Of a stretch of DNA of 64,000 nt, positions 23,563-36,619 are shown piece after piece. Source of the stretch: Lama glama (lineage: Eukaryota). Location of the stretch: contig CM052832.1 of the NCBI GenBank assembly GCA_028534125.1, positions 7,628,001-7,692,000 of the forward strand, written 5' to 3'. Below the pieces are notes generated by a model. It made no database searches, was not told the DNA's origin, and saw only the letters and a list, made by a program, of their open reading frames with translations. How positions within the stretch are numbered: position 1 is the stretch's first letter; the number at the start of each line of letters is the position of its first letter. Made by a program: the position numbers and the translations under genes.

Positions 23563-26286
23563 GTGCCCTGAGATATTTTACTCTAGACCCTCTCTTTTTT
23601 TTTTTTTTCTTTTAAGATAAAATTTTCATACAATGAAGTGCACTGATCTAAGCACACCATTCTGATGAAGTTTTTAGGTCGCCGTTTGTCTTGCTGTGTT
23701 CTCTGTACGTGTTAATTGGAAGAGCTGTGTTGTGAGGAAAGGGGCACTGCTCCGTTAGTAGACGCTGTTTTTAACACATGCTGGTTCCTGAAAGCACCAT
23801 TATTTAAATCACTAACAAGGACACAGCTGCATAGAAGGAAAATGAAGAGGAATATCAAAATTCTTTTTTAAAAAAGGCAAATTTGGCAAAAGGGAAAAGA
23901 TAGGTTATAGGCATTTGAGCACTTTTTATATACATATTTAAATAATTTGCTTCCTGCCCTTGCTTCGATTTGTAAATGTGAGGGTGGGGAAGTGGGGGGA
24001 AAAAAGATGTTGCTTCTCCTCCACACACTTATCCCTAGAAATCCTTTCTTAACCAAGAGAGAAAATCTCAAGTATTTCCAGACATGTGGTTGTCACCTTG
24101 TTAAAGATGGATGGATGAGGGAGTGAATGAGTGAAAATGAGTGAATGACTGTCGTTAGCAGTCAGAGAGTCCTTTCTAGGGACTCCTCACTGGTGGTGAT
24201 AATTACGATACTCTCATGGAGCACACTCTGTCCTCCCCAGCAGTGTTGGAGCAAAGGATTCCAGGCAGGTTAGAATAGAAAGGGGCTTTGTCATTCATAG
24301 GTTTGCATGATTGACTTAGTTTTTTTGCACTTATACCTAGTAATATACATTATCTAATTATATAATACAAGTATATAATGCATATGTACTTGTAGTTATA
24401 TACAGAGACACATTGTCTGAGCATATTAGGAGTATTTGTCAACGAGCCCCTTGCTAGTCCCTGAATTCATTGTAGATTTCTCAGAACAGATGCAATTTAA
24501 AGTCTGTCTGAATCTGCTGGAGTCTTAGTTGCTCTTAGTGGTTTATTTCTCAGCTCTTTGTTCATGGCTTGGAGCTCACCACTGTCATAATGAGTCACCC
24601 CAGCATTTAGCACCATCCAGGGCTGTTTTTCTCCCAAGTCAACTGGAAATGAACTCTCAGGCACTGGAAGGAGTTGTTGTGCAGGCCACAGTTGGTAAAG
24701 CAGGGCTTTTTTGGAATTGCCGCAGTCCTTGGGGTGTGATACACTATTCCAAGCAGGCACTCTTGGAGGGAAAAGGAAAAAAGACAAACCACCATATTCT
24801 CAGTGTTGAGAATTGTTTACTTGATGCTTGGACCAGTGCTGGCACTGCTGGAAGGAGTCTGCCTTTTTAAGCACTGCTGATGCCATCCACAAGGACACGA
24901 AGTCTCATCACACTCCCATGCTGCTATTGACGGCCTCACACTGTGGAAATGGGTAATAGAAACGTCAGTGAGGTTTGGCCCTTTTATTCAGAGCAATCCA
25001 GAGTGAGAGAGAGGAAGCAGAAGCAGCAGCAGGTCCACCATCTGGGGTAGCAGAGATAGGTACCCAGAAAGTCGTCATCACGGAAGCCCAGCCTGGAGGT
25101 GAAAGGACATGGTTCAAGGACGGCAGCAACTGGTGTGCAGTCGTGGACCTCAGACCAGAAGTAGTACTGGGGGTCTGTGACTGGCGACAAGGGATCTATC
25201 CTGTCGGAAGGTTGGGGCACAGGAAGCTGCGGCTGGGGTGAAGTTCAAGAACACAGGCAGCACTCAGGAACTCCGAAGAGGAGGAGACAGGCAGGAGGCA
25301 GGAGGTGTGGGCGCACCCGTGGAAGGATCCCAGCAGCAGAGCCCCAGTGCGAGTGCTGGAGCAGGGTCGGTGTCCCTGCAGCTGCACAGAGTCAGCAGAT
25401 GGCCGAGTGGACAGGGCAGGGCTCAGCAGAGAAGGTCACCTACTCACAGATGGTTTTCTTGTCATCCTGCAAGACAGGAGCATTGTGAGGTGCAGTCTCA
25501 TCTAGGCAGGCAGGTGGTGACATCATTCTTGAAAGGCTGAAATGGATGGTTCCAGGCTTAGAGTATGTTCTTTAAAAAGTATAATTATTGGGGCAAGGGA
25601 AAACTGTTTTGAACTTGGTTTTTAACTTTTACTTTACATTTTCTTGGGGTTTAGTTCTGTTTGATTCCAGCATGGTCCAAATACCTACTTCAAAGCCAAC
25701 ATCCTAACAAGAACTTGTTAAAAGGAAGGGAAACCAGCTCCTGTGGCTTCTTGTGCACCAGCTACGGAGGCGCTCACAGAACCACGTTTGTGAGTTGAGT
25801 GTAAATGAATCCGAAACCTACAAATTAGATTTCCCCTGAAATACACATGGGTTTAAAACCTTAACGGGGAAAAGAACTTGGCAAATCAAATCTGACCATA
25901 TTCAGTAAAACCTCACTAATTTGCACTAATGACCAAGAGAGACCCATTGAGAATTACTGATTTTTTGTGAGTATGTTAGCATGGGAATAAATACCAAAAC
26001 GGGTGAGGGGATGAGGGGGTAATGGAGGCAGAGTTTGGGGGGGGGCGGGTTGGAATCAAAGCTCCAGCATCAAACAAACATACTTTTGGTACAATGAAAA
26101 ATGCATTTGAACGGTTACTGGAATGAAACTCAATAGCTTAATGAGTGCCTTGCTGCGGCGCGCCTGCCCGCTGGGGAGGTGGCCATGTCACACGGCCAGC
26201 CTGAGCCAGCAGCTAATGTGCACTTAGGGAAAGAGGCCTTTGCTGTCTTCAAAGCTGGGGGGTTGTGGTTTTTGCAGGGGTGTGAA

Positions 26287-26343
26287 CCAATGAGATCCCA
26301 CCACGTGTCATGCACGTTTGTTATGGGCTTGCACGTGCAAGCC
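26287..26343 (+). promoter_or_regulatory. Candidate enhancer: ERSE consensus plus E-box cluster
   Basis: CCAAT-gagatccca-CCACG (26287-26305); CACGTG at 26302 and 26332; CACGTT at 26313; 18-bp perfect palindrome at 26326-26343. Confidence 0.35.
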
Positions 26344-27599
26344 GTGATTGTAAATCAGCATTGGGGTTGCTTATTACCACTTAAAAAAAAAACAAAAACA
26401 AAAACAAGAATTTAGAAGAAGAGGTAGCAAGGGAGGTTGGAATTCTGACTAGCTAAATCTTCCTTAGATGTTAATGAACCATATTTGTAGTAGAAGATAT
26501 TTAATTTAAATAGTTCTGAATGAAGATTGACTGTTCAGTAGACCTTTATCGTGACGTGTATTTCATTAATAATAAAAGCATCTTTCTTTATAAGCAGCTG
26601 TCTAAAAAGTTCTTTGAAGATTTAATTATTTAGGGCCTGCATTTCAGTAGTTATGGTGACAGTTTTTAATCCATTTCATTGGAGAAATAGAATACTTTCT
26701 TCCAGTTGTTACTGTGTAACAATTGCAAGGAAAATACACTTTCACTTTCCTCCCCACAGTATGTAAGAATTTCTAGGGTTTGGATATTCTTTGTAACTGA
26801 AGAACATCTCTTATCTAAATGTGCGGTTCCTCCAACTTAAGAGCAGCCCCTGGTAAAGATTTGTGTTTATGCTGATTTCAATCACTCGTCCTCCTTGCCT
26901 TACTGGGAGCCAGTGTTTTACCAACTGAAGAATAATTTAGAACTTCACTCAAGCAGCCATGGAAGGCTGTGGGAAATAATAAATGTGTATAGCCAGAGCT
27001 TTCTCTAGGACTTAAGTCGGGGCGCATGGTTTCAGGTCTTGTGATTCCCTGGACCGGAAAAGGAGTTGTCACCCTGGCTAGTACAGAAAAAGACTGAGCC
27101 TCACTTAACTCACTCTACAACCTGCTGCTTTCATCATTTAATCTTTTTCTTTAACAGTAAAACATGATTCATGCAGACCTTTTGTGCCGTCTCCTGTAAG
27201 TCAGGGGTGGGGAGGGGAAGGACGTTGGAAGGGTTTGTTTGTGTGGCACCAGCGTCCCCCGTAGGGACTCTGCCAAACTGTCAGTTCTTCCCAAGCCTCC
27301 AGTTTTGTCCCCATGACTCTCAGGAGGGTGACTGCTTTGCTTTAAAAATATATCCAAGGCCAGTGTAGGCTTTCTAAGTTATTTTCTTTTCCATCTCAAA
27401 ATGTCTGTAGTCTAATTCCTTTTTTCTGTGTTGGGCCTGTTTCTGAGGAAGAAGTACTCGTTGCTCTGTCAAGCAGGGAGCCTGAAGTCCCCTCACTCTG
27501 CTCTCTTCCTCCTGTCTCTGTACAAACAGATTCGAGTCTCCCCATCTTGACTGTTCAGTTTACCGTTACGGCCGTTTGTCAACAGAACTCCTTAGAAGG

Positions 27600-28115
27600 T
27601 TGGAGAACATTCTGTTTCACGTGTGCGGCGTGCTCCGAGTCTTTCCCTCCAGTGCCCACCGACGGTCTTGTCCCCGACATCCTTCCTCATTCATACCCCA
27701 CTCCCCACCGTCCTGCTCATTCGGCTGCAGCCTTGCAGGCCTGTCCGCTCTTACCTCCAGCCCTTTCCACCTGCAGTTCTCTCTGCCTGGGTCGCTCTTT
27801 TGTCATGTATCTGCATGCCTCACTCCCTCACTTCCTCTAGGTCTCTGATCAGACATCGCCTTAGCTGACAGCCCCCCCCCCATCCTCACATGTGATGGTA
27901 ACTCCATCCTCTCTTCAGGGCCCCCGTCGCCTTTTCCCAGCTTAACGTTTTCCCACAGCACTTGCTGCCCGACAGTACTGTGTATTTGTGCTGTGTATTT
28001 CTCCCACTGGAGTGCTTTGCACGTGGGCCTCGCCTGTTCTGCTCACAGATGGATCCCCAGCCCGTAGACAAGTGCCAGGGAGTAGTGGGTCCTTGATAAC
28101 GAATGAATGAATGGT
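27600..28115 (+). mobile_element. L2 3' region
   Basis: cctttccacctgcagttctctctgcctggg...tccctcacttcctctaggtctctg...ending in gaatgaatgaatg. Confidence 0.8.
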
Positions 28116-28499
28116 TGGCTAAAAGATACATATAAATACAGAGACATATAAATATTCTACAAATACATACCCTTTCTCTGATTAACTTTGTATTTCTGGG
28201 TTTTTGTTAATTCATGATTTTTTTCAGTTTTTTCCTTTGAGGAAAATTTTAAGTTTTTAAATAGAGTGGTGTTCTCTCTGGCTGAACCTCCCTATTGCTT
28301 CATAACAGACAAAACGTCACACAGTCAAATCCTTGTCGAGACTCATTTCTTAATTTAGCTTGGAATTAAGGCTTTTCACGAAAAGAGAAGATGCCTTCAA
28401 AGAGGTAAGTTGTGCGTCATCAAGGGCTTTTTTGGAATTTTTGAAATTAAAATTTTTCGGTCAAGGTTTTTCTTTTCTTGATTCCCTCTTTCTAGAAGT

Positions 28500-28990
28500 C
28501 TTTATTGAACTTTCAGGCACTGAGATGCTAACACATGTAAGAGATAAAGGCCTTGCCCATGAGACCTCCCCCGCCCAGTGGAAAGAGATGGTAGGGAATT
28601 ATGGAATTTCATTATTAAAGCTTAACGGCTGTGATAATCCTTCGCAGGGCCAGTGGGAGCAAGTGCTGGGCTTCAGAAAAGGCTTCCTAGAGGAAGGAGG
28701 CCCTGAGTGACGTCTGAAGGGTGGAAGGGTTTAGCCAGGCAGAGGGAGGAATGCAGAGGGAACGTGAGCTAAAGCAGAGCTCCAAGGACTGTGGAACAGC
28801 AGCGCGGGGTCAGGAAACCGCCAACAATTTGAAAATGTGAAAGCACGAAGTGCGTGGTGGGAGTGGCTGGAGATGAGAGGAAGGGGCGGCGGGTGCCGAG
28901 GTGCGGAGAGAGCCGGATCGTGCAGCTTGGACTTAGTCCTCCACCGGCTGTGCTTGCAGGCCCTTTCGGCTGGGGAGTGACCATCAGAGT
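28500..28990 (-). mobile_element. L2 fragment
   Basis: ttcagaaaaggcttcctagaggaagg...cctgagtgacgtctgaagggtgg...gaacagcagcg. Confidence 0.65.
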
Positions 28991-29264
28991 TAGAAGGAAT
29001 AGTGTGTTGTACTTCTAGTTGGTGGTTTTGAAACTTAACCACGTAACTTGTTCTTCAAACAGAATCTTACCTATTAGTTTGATATCAAAACCAGATCAGA
29101 GCAGAACTGCCCAGTTGAGGTCGGGGTGGAAAACTCAGAACTCCCTCACTTGGCCTTCCCCTCAACGCTTCTCCAGGACCCTCTGTCAGGTCCTCGGACA
29201 CCTTCACAGAACCTCTAGGGCTTTTCTGACCATACTTCAAAGGAGAAAAAAAAAAACCCAACCC

Positions 29265-29390
29265 TTTCAGCTTATAGACTAGAAAACTGTGATTCAGAAA
29301 GTTAAGAGTATCTAAACTAATTAATGGGAGAGTCCAGAATAGAACCAGGTCTCTTGATTCCAAATTTAGTGCTTTTTTGCAGTATGATAT
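29265..29390 (-). mobile_element. MIR fragment
   Basis: ttatagactagaaaactgtgattcagaaagttaag...agaatagaaccaggtctcttgattcca. Confidence 0.65.
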
Positions 29391-29774
29391 ACTATCATTG
29401 GAGAAAATTTTACTATTTAAGTACGTACAGCTTAAATGCTTACGCCTGTTGCGCAGGTGCAGGATACGAGACAGAAAAACTGTCCAAGTTAGAGTTAATT
29501 TTCTGCATTTAGTACGTGCTTATTAATTTTTAACGCATTTTTTTAAACGTTAGATTCTTTGAGAACTGGATCCAGTTTATAGAGTTCCCTATGCCTTTTC
29601 ATGCTGAGAGAGTAGCCAAGTTATTCCTAAAGTTGAATTTTTAGGAGTGAGATTCAGGGAGTTCGCTGTTAAGGCCTCTTGTGAGTGGAATCCCTCCCCA
29701 GTAAGTCTTGATAGTGCCTGAGTTTACTGACTTTGTCTAAATAGTATATCATGGCTGAAGCCTGTTTTAATGGC

Positions 29775-29940
29775 AAAAGCAGTGGAATAAGGGTCAGGAG
29801 ACGTGGTTACTACTCCCAGTCCAGCCATTAAGTGGCTGAATAACATTTGGAAAAGTCACTCGAGCTCAACTATACAATGGGAAGATTGAACTAAATTACC
29901 TCAAAGGCCCATTCCAGCTCCTACGGTCTGTGATTCTAAT
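29775..29940 (+). mobile_element. MIR3
   Basis: gtcaggagacgtggttactactcccagtccagccatta...ctcaaaggcccattccagctc...ctgtgattct. Confidence 0.6.
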
Positions 29941-31772
29941 CACAGCACACGTGTTTTGTCTTCAAGAGTGTTGACGTTTTATAGGCTGCCGTGAGCTCTC
30001 GTTTTTGGTGGTCCTGATGACTCAGGACAGTTAGGCCCATGAAGCAGGTGATGGCGAATGTCTGGAAGGCGAAGTGGGCATTTACACATTTGCTCATCAG
30101 GGCAAAAGATATATGCTCATGAAGTGCGTTCATTTTTTTGCAACTACATTGCCAGTCTGGGATTGGAATGGCTTCACTGCAATTCCAGTAATACATTCCC
30201 CATGACCTTATCAGTAGTGGACAGCTCAGCCTTGGACAGCTCACTGAGCAGATAGGGGGATGTTTAGGAAGAGCTCTGCTGATCTCTGTGAAAATTATGG
30301 TGTATAAACTCTCTCAGGATGCAGAATTGTAGAAGTCCTTCGGAGTCCTTGCCTGAACTCCCCCTTCTGTGTTTGATTCCCCAATCTCGTCTTTCTGCAG
30401 AAGCCCTTCCTCTGTGTGCTATTTAAAGTCCTTCACATCCAGCCCTGCTACTTTAAGAATAAGTGTGATATAACAAACAATGACATTATTATATTGTAAG
30501 GACAAGAAATAGGGGGTGAGTTATAAAGCAGAACATTTTTATTTACACAGCAGTGTTTTAATAACCAGTAAAATTTTGGAAGAGAACTAGAAAAATAGTT
30601 AAAAGATAAATGGACTTATGTTTCAATGTTATGATTTTTCACATACACTAAAGTTCATTTTTACTTTTTTTAAATCCTTGAATTTCGGACAGGACCCTGG
30701 GAGAGTTGTTGGCATCCTTTGGTCAACACATTTGTCAGGGAATTTTTTTTTCAACGTCCTTCTATGGTTCTATTAAGCAATAACCTCATTAGCAACACAT
30801 TCTGAGTGGTATAGTGTGATAGCTGCACTACAAAGGGGTTCTGTATTTCAGTTGCCAGGATATAACACTCTTATGACAGGGGAGAAAAAGAAAACTTGCT
30901 ATGAAGGGGAAGCTTAGACATTATTTACTCTAAATATTGGAGCTTTCCATTTGAAAGTTTACAGAGGCTGAAGAATTGTTGAATTTGGAGATTTTGAAAT
31001 AAAAATCTCCAGCAAACTCTAAAAATGTTTCCACCTCGAAAACAAGTCCTCGTCCCTCCTGTGAGCACTTGCCTTACACAGCCTTGGATTAGCCTATAAA
31101 TTATTTCCATCACAAATACCTTTCACTCCGAGACACAGTATCACCCTCTTCTGGAGTGAAACAAATAAAACATTCTGGCTCAGGGCTAGGCAACTTGAGA
31201 ACAGACCGTCACTTGTGTCGAGTTACAACTCAAAAAAGGTGGAATTTTTTTTTTTATAACCTCTTTATATCAAGTCTATTTTTCGGCTACATCAGGTTGA
31301 AGCAATGCAGACTCTGAAAGGCCCAATCTCAACTAACCCTGGCAGCATTCCAGAAGTGCCGGGAACTGGCAAATTAAAATCATTTTCAACTCCAAATTCT
31401 ATTTGTTCTTTTACCTTCAGCTTTATGTCATCATAGATGGGTTTAAACTATGGAAAAACATGTTATTACTGATTGTACGTCTTTTGCGGCCCTTGACTTG
31501 GTCTACGTAGGCAGAATGTATCACAACCAACGTCATTGTTCACAGAGGGTTGTATGTGGCAAAGAGATCGTTACGTCTCAGACAGCCATAGAAACAAGGC
31601 TCTGTTGACACAGTTTAAAGGAAGCCTGTGCATAAATGCTTTCCCTTGTCCTGATCCATGTACCTGTCACTCTCTAGCATGACAATATGTAGGACTCAGG
31701 TGTTTTTTCCAGCTGTGCGGGCCTGGGCTGGGGCACTAGGATAAAGACTGAGCTATAGCTGAACTCAGTGTA

Positions 31773-31852
31773 TAAGGTTGAACCATATGAAATCGCCACA
31801 TTTGTAAGTCAAAACCAACTGAATGTCAACAGTTTCATATGGTTCAACCTAA
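31773..31852. mobile_element. MADE2 mariner-type MITE (80 bp)
   Basis: TIRs aggttgaaccatatgaaa / tttcatatggttcaacct, flanked by TA at 31771-31772 and 31853-31854. Confidence 0.88.
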
Positions 31853-31979
31853 TAATTATTTTGATCTGTTATCAATTAGCAGTTACCCATCAGTTCAACT
31901 TTGTTCCCAGCATATGAGCTAAATTCACCTAAACTGACAAGCCATTTCCAAAACAAAGCAACTCAAAAAGATGCAGAAG

Positions 31980-32120
31980 GTAGAATGGGGGCTGGTGATG
32001 GAACCTGCCTTGTGGGATTATTGTGAAGATTAGATGTAAGGGGCTTAGCAGAGCAGTGCTTGGCACACAGTCACCACTCAGTAAATTCGGCCATCATTCA
32101 CATTGTCATCATTATCAGCA
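31980..32120 (+). mobile_element. MIR 3' half
   Basis: tagaatgggg...ggattattgtgaagattagatg...gtgcttggcacacagtcaccactcagtaaat. Confidence 0.7.
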
Positions 32121-32124
32121 TCTT

Positions 32125-32530
32125 ACTAATTCAGTTGCTTAACGAAAACTTACTGGTGTCTGACTACACGGCAGGCTGAATGCCTGGTGTAGGAACCAAA
32201 TTTCTAAAGAGGTTCTGTTCGCTACCCTAAGGAGCTTCCAAGCAAGTCTACCGCAGTTCTGATGTGGGGTGGGAAATGCTGCTGTAGGGCCAGCGGGTGC
32301 TGGGGATGCACATAGGCGAAGCCTCTCTCTGTCTTAATAGTCAGGGGAGCTTCTTGGAGGAAGCAGCATCTAAGCTGAAAGCCAAGGGACGAGTGGAGGT
32401 TAGTTAAGCATAAAGGGCCAGAAAGATCAGTCTTGTCAGCATGAGTGTGAAGAACAGAGGCCTGAGGAAGAGAGGGCGTGATGTGTTCACAGCCCTGCAA
32501 GTCGCTGAGTGTGGCCTGAGCAGGGACTGA
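32125..32530 (-). mobile_element. L2 fragment
   Basis: ttcagttgcttaacgaaaacttactggtgtctgactacacggcaggc...gtcaggggagcttcttggaggaagcagcatctaagctga. Confidence 0.65.
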
Positions 32531-35500
32531 AAAGTCACTGCTTCCCTCCCGCTTTGTGCTTGTCACCCCACACAGCAGCACGCTTCACCTGTTACCACGC
32601 CAGAAGAAATGTGTGTGGTTTCGACCAATCTGATCAAGAGCTATTGCCAGTTGCCAACTCGGATAGCTTGAGAGCTGGTCACCGAGGGCTTCTGACTTTA
32701 ATGTTCTTGTCCTGTACGTAAGTGGCTATATGTATAAAGGTATTTTTCTATAGCAGAGGTCCTAGGTAGGAAAAATGGACTAAAAACTGACCTCTGGAAT
32801 AAAAAAGAGGACTTTTAAAGGAAATCTGTTCATAGTAGCGCATAATAATAGAAGTTAGTAATGTGATTGTAGAAGCTGGATTACCTATTTATCTGAATAA
32901 CTCAAAGGCACATTTCAAAAAAAAGCAAAGCCAGTTATCACTGAGCTAAACATGGACATTAAAAATCAACCTGGAAGAAAAAGATCAACCTAATACGGTT
33001 TTTTCCCCTAGAAGAGAGACAACCAATGAATGCAAAAGATTACTGCAGTCTGATCCCTTCCAGCAAGGCTGCTCACCCAAACAGAACATCCCTTTCCCAT
33101 GCCAAACCCGTATTTTTTCTTTCTGCCTTTGTCCTCTTACAGAGACAGAACTTGCATGTGCGTTGTGGTACCTTATGTTTGATACCTGTAATAAGTGATG
33201 CCTGACTTCTCTACTGTATTTTCAGAATATCCATTTTTTTTTAAAGATTGAAAATGTAAATCATGTGGAAGGAACAAAACAGAGAGTAGAAATGAAAAAG
33301 AGAATTTACCAAGTAATCTCCCACTGAGAATCTGAATATTTAGTAAAGGGATGTATTTTTTTTTTCAATCTGAAAAGACTGCTTACTGTTCAGCCTAAAT
33401 ATTTTAGGTTTATGATATGGAAAACTGATTGAACTGAAATGTATATCTTTCTCCCGTGTAATAACATACCTAGTTCTATGCTCATAAATGCTACAGTCCC
33501 CATGATTTCTTTATTACAGATTTTATTCTCATTTATGAGTTCCATGTTAAACTGTTAAATCAACGGAATCATCACCTTAGCTTTAAATTAGCATAGCACA
33601 TCATTAGGGAAAGCAACGCTACACATTTAATTGCTGTTTTTAAAAGTTATGTCATGTTGTCATGCCCTGCGTTGGTGTTCATATGTTACCGGGTTTAATT
33701 TACAAGGAGTTGGTTTAATTTACGGCAAGCTTCTGGTCTGCTTCCTGTTGTTCGCTGGCTCCCTCCAAGCCCAGCTCTTTGCTAATAACTGTGGCTACTG
33801 CTACGTGAATATTTGAAATACAGTGAAACTAAAGTGATATAGGATAAGAGGACCCACGCGAGAGAACTGGAAAAAGAGAAAAACAGCGCAGCCTGAAATG
33901 TCAAACCGCATTTTAGGGCGCTTTCACTCTATTTCCATAAATGCACGCGGGAGTTAGGTTGCAAATACTTGAAACTGTTTGTTTTCATTTTGGGCCTGAT
34001 TTTCTAGCATTGAAGAAACCATGTCTAATGATCTTGAGTGTTCTTAAAGAAAAAGAAATTATATTTTACATAATGGTTTGCATGTGTGAGCTCCCTCCGG
34101 CAGCTGCACTGTGATGCGTGTGTCTTCTCTCCGAGGAGAGACTACTTGTCTTAAAGATGCAACGGCCACATATGACTGCCGGAGCTGAGTGCAGAACATC
34201 ATGAGTTTGTTAAACGATAAACACTATCTCTTTTCACTTATCCATTCCCTCTCCTTCCTCTTCTTTGGCTCAAGTTGAAGCAGCAGAGGACAGCTGAGTC
34301 CAAACCGTGTTCTTCTTTCCTCATTCAGCAAACCATGGAGAAAGATCTTGGCTACTTGACATTAATAACTTTGCTTCAACTCTACTTGGAACTATTTGGG
34401 CAGCTTTTCAAAAAATGAAAAAGGTACAATAAAAGAGGGCTGAACTTCCTGTTTTACTCCTAAAGTAGCAGATTCAGCAAAGGCTCACTCTCTTCGGGGC
34501 ATGACTGTATTCTTCCCTGGAGATGCAGGGTTATAGAATGTTATTTCCTTGCACAACTTTCAGTGAAACTATTAAAAGACAATCAACTTGAGTAGGCCTA
34601 GTGGCAGACAGTAGGAAGCTTTTCAGTCTTGTTATTAAGTAAGAATAATGATAATGTAAATGCTTGACTGACTTTTAGGCCATAAGAAATGTCCCTGATC
34701 AGAGAAAGAGGGGGAACCTAAAGGCTATTTTGAACCAAAATAGGAAAAAAAAAATGTGGACACTTATATAAGGGGTGTGCATAATGTAAGAATGTATTTG
34801 GCATTTGTCTGCCTTATATACACATGCACCCAAAATCATGGACACACCATCTCTGTCATAGTGGCCTTTGTTGTGTATTAGCTTTTGATTCCCTGCAATA
34901 TTTGAGAAACTGGAATTGACCAAGGGTCAAATCCAGCGCATCTCAGGTCAGTATCTGTGGCTGCACAGTAGGAGTAGTGGGAAGACATGAAGAAACCATT
35001 CTATGAATAAAAATAACAGTTTCATTAGGAGAGCAAAATAAGGAGAACTGTGCCTTTCTGATTCTGTTTTGCATTAGTTTGCATTCATTTCTGAGTGCAC
35101 CAGAGACAGGCTGTCTGCTACCCCTTATCTGTTCCAGTGTGGCCCATCAAGCCAGGGAGATGAAAAACCGCTGTCTCAGTAGAAGCATCTGCCAATCAAA
35201 ACTGCCCACCCCAAGAGGTGGGTCTCCAGCCCATCAGCACCCTCCTCCTCCATGGCTCAGAGAGACCCCGGCTGAGGCAGGCACAGTTAAGTGTGCAGTG
35301 TCCTACAACCCTCTCAAGAAAGCAAAGCATGTGTTTATATGCAATTCCATGTGATGGAAAGAGCCTGAGCTTTGCAATCAGAAACCATGAGTTCCTTCTC
35401 CAGGTCTGACCATTCTTTGATAACCCAAGGACTACAGGTTGCAGAACTGAATGGAAAAGAATCATTTCTGTGTTTGTTTTCATCCCAACACGTATCTCAT

Positions 35501-35754
35501 CGAGAACATGTATTGTACTTTCTCCTTTTCACTTTTACCTTTCAGATAGGGAAATGCTGTTTTATCTCTGGGGGGTTTCTTGGAACGTAAGGGATATAGC
35601 TAATCCTGGTTCATAAGACAGACCTTCATGTGTTTGAAGGCATCTATCCTGTTTGCAGATTCTGTTAGAACATCTCTAAAAGATAAAAGAATTCTGTCAG
35701 TAGTAAGTAAGTGTCTTTTTATCTTCTATGTGAATATTTTAAAATCACACTTTA

Positions 35755-35846
35755 GGAGGAGGGTATAGAGCTCAGTGGTAGAGTGCATGTGTAGCGTGCA
35801 TGAGGTCCTGGGTTCAGTCCCCAGTACCTCTATTAAAAAAATTAAA
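35755..35846 (+). mobile_element. tRNA-derived SINE (Vic-1-like)
   Basis: ggagggtatagagctcagtggtagagtgcatg...gaggtcctgggttcagtccccagtacctc plus A tail. Confidence 0.85.
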
Positions 35847-36619
35847 CCATTCTTTAGATATATTTTAAACGCTTGCACTTTTGCTTTATTGTGTTTTTGG
35901 TCGTGAGTAGGGACAGGAACACGGTGCAGAGAGAGGCCGGCAGAGGCTGGTTGGAGCTGGGTCTACAAAAGGCATAAAGAGAAGAAAGGAGACCTCTGGC
36001 GGGGGGACATAGCAAATGGAGGCAGGGAGGAGGAGCCTCTGCAGGGGGAGGCTGTTCAGTGATGTCAACCCCACTCCTCTGTCCCACTCCAGGACCAGGT
36101 TCAGCAGAGGAGCAGAACGACTCACAGTATCTACTATTCAGTATTAGTTTTTCCTGATTGACTGATTGCTTCTTTTCGAAGTAGATGCAGTGAAGAGAGT
36201 GTCCTGTAGGCCAGAAGAGAAGCAGAGAGACGAGTTCAGAGGTTATTACAGGAGTCCATAGAGATGGCGCAGTGTATTTTGCTTTGGGGAAGTTGACTTC
36301 AGTCAGTTCTTTTTTTTGCCTGCTGTCACCATTTCAGCATTCATTTTTATTCCCCTACTTGGGGCCACCTCTGTTTTTTACTTTTCTAATTTGCTCTATG
36401 TGCATTTCCCAGCCCCGAGCATAGTGTAAGTATTCATTTATTTAGATGACCACATGCCCTGCCGGTGATGTCTGTGTCTTGCTCATTCTTCTGTCTCCTG
36501 TGCACAGCCGAGGTCAGGGACAGGGTCAGCACTCAGCGAGCGTTCGTCCCACGCATGCAGTTAGTGAGTGCGTGTTTCCTGCAATGATTTTAGAGCTCCC
36601 CGAGGTATCAGTGATTCAA

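Noticed and set aside
24359..24402. AT-rich hairpin tacaagtatata...tatgtacttgta
   Set aside because: Short and low complexity; too small for a pre-miRNA
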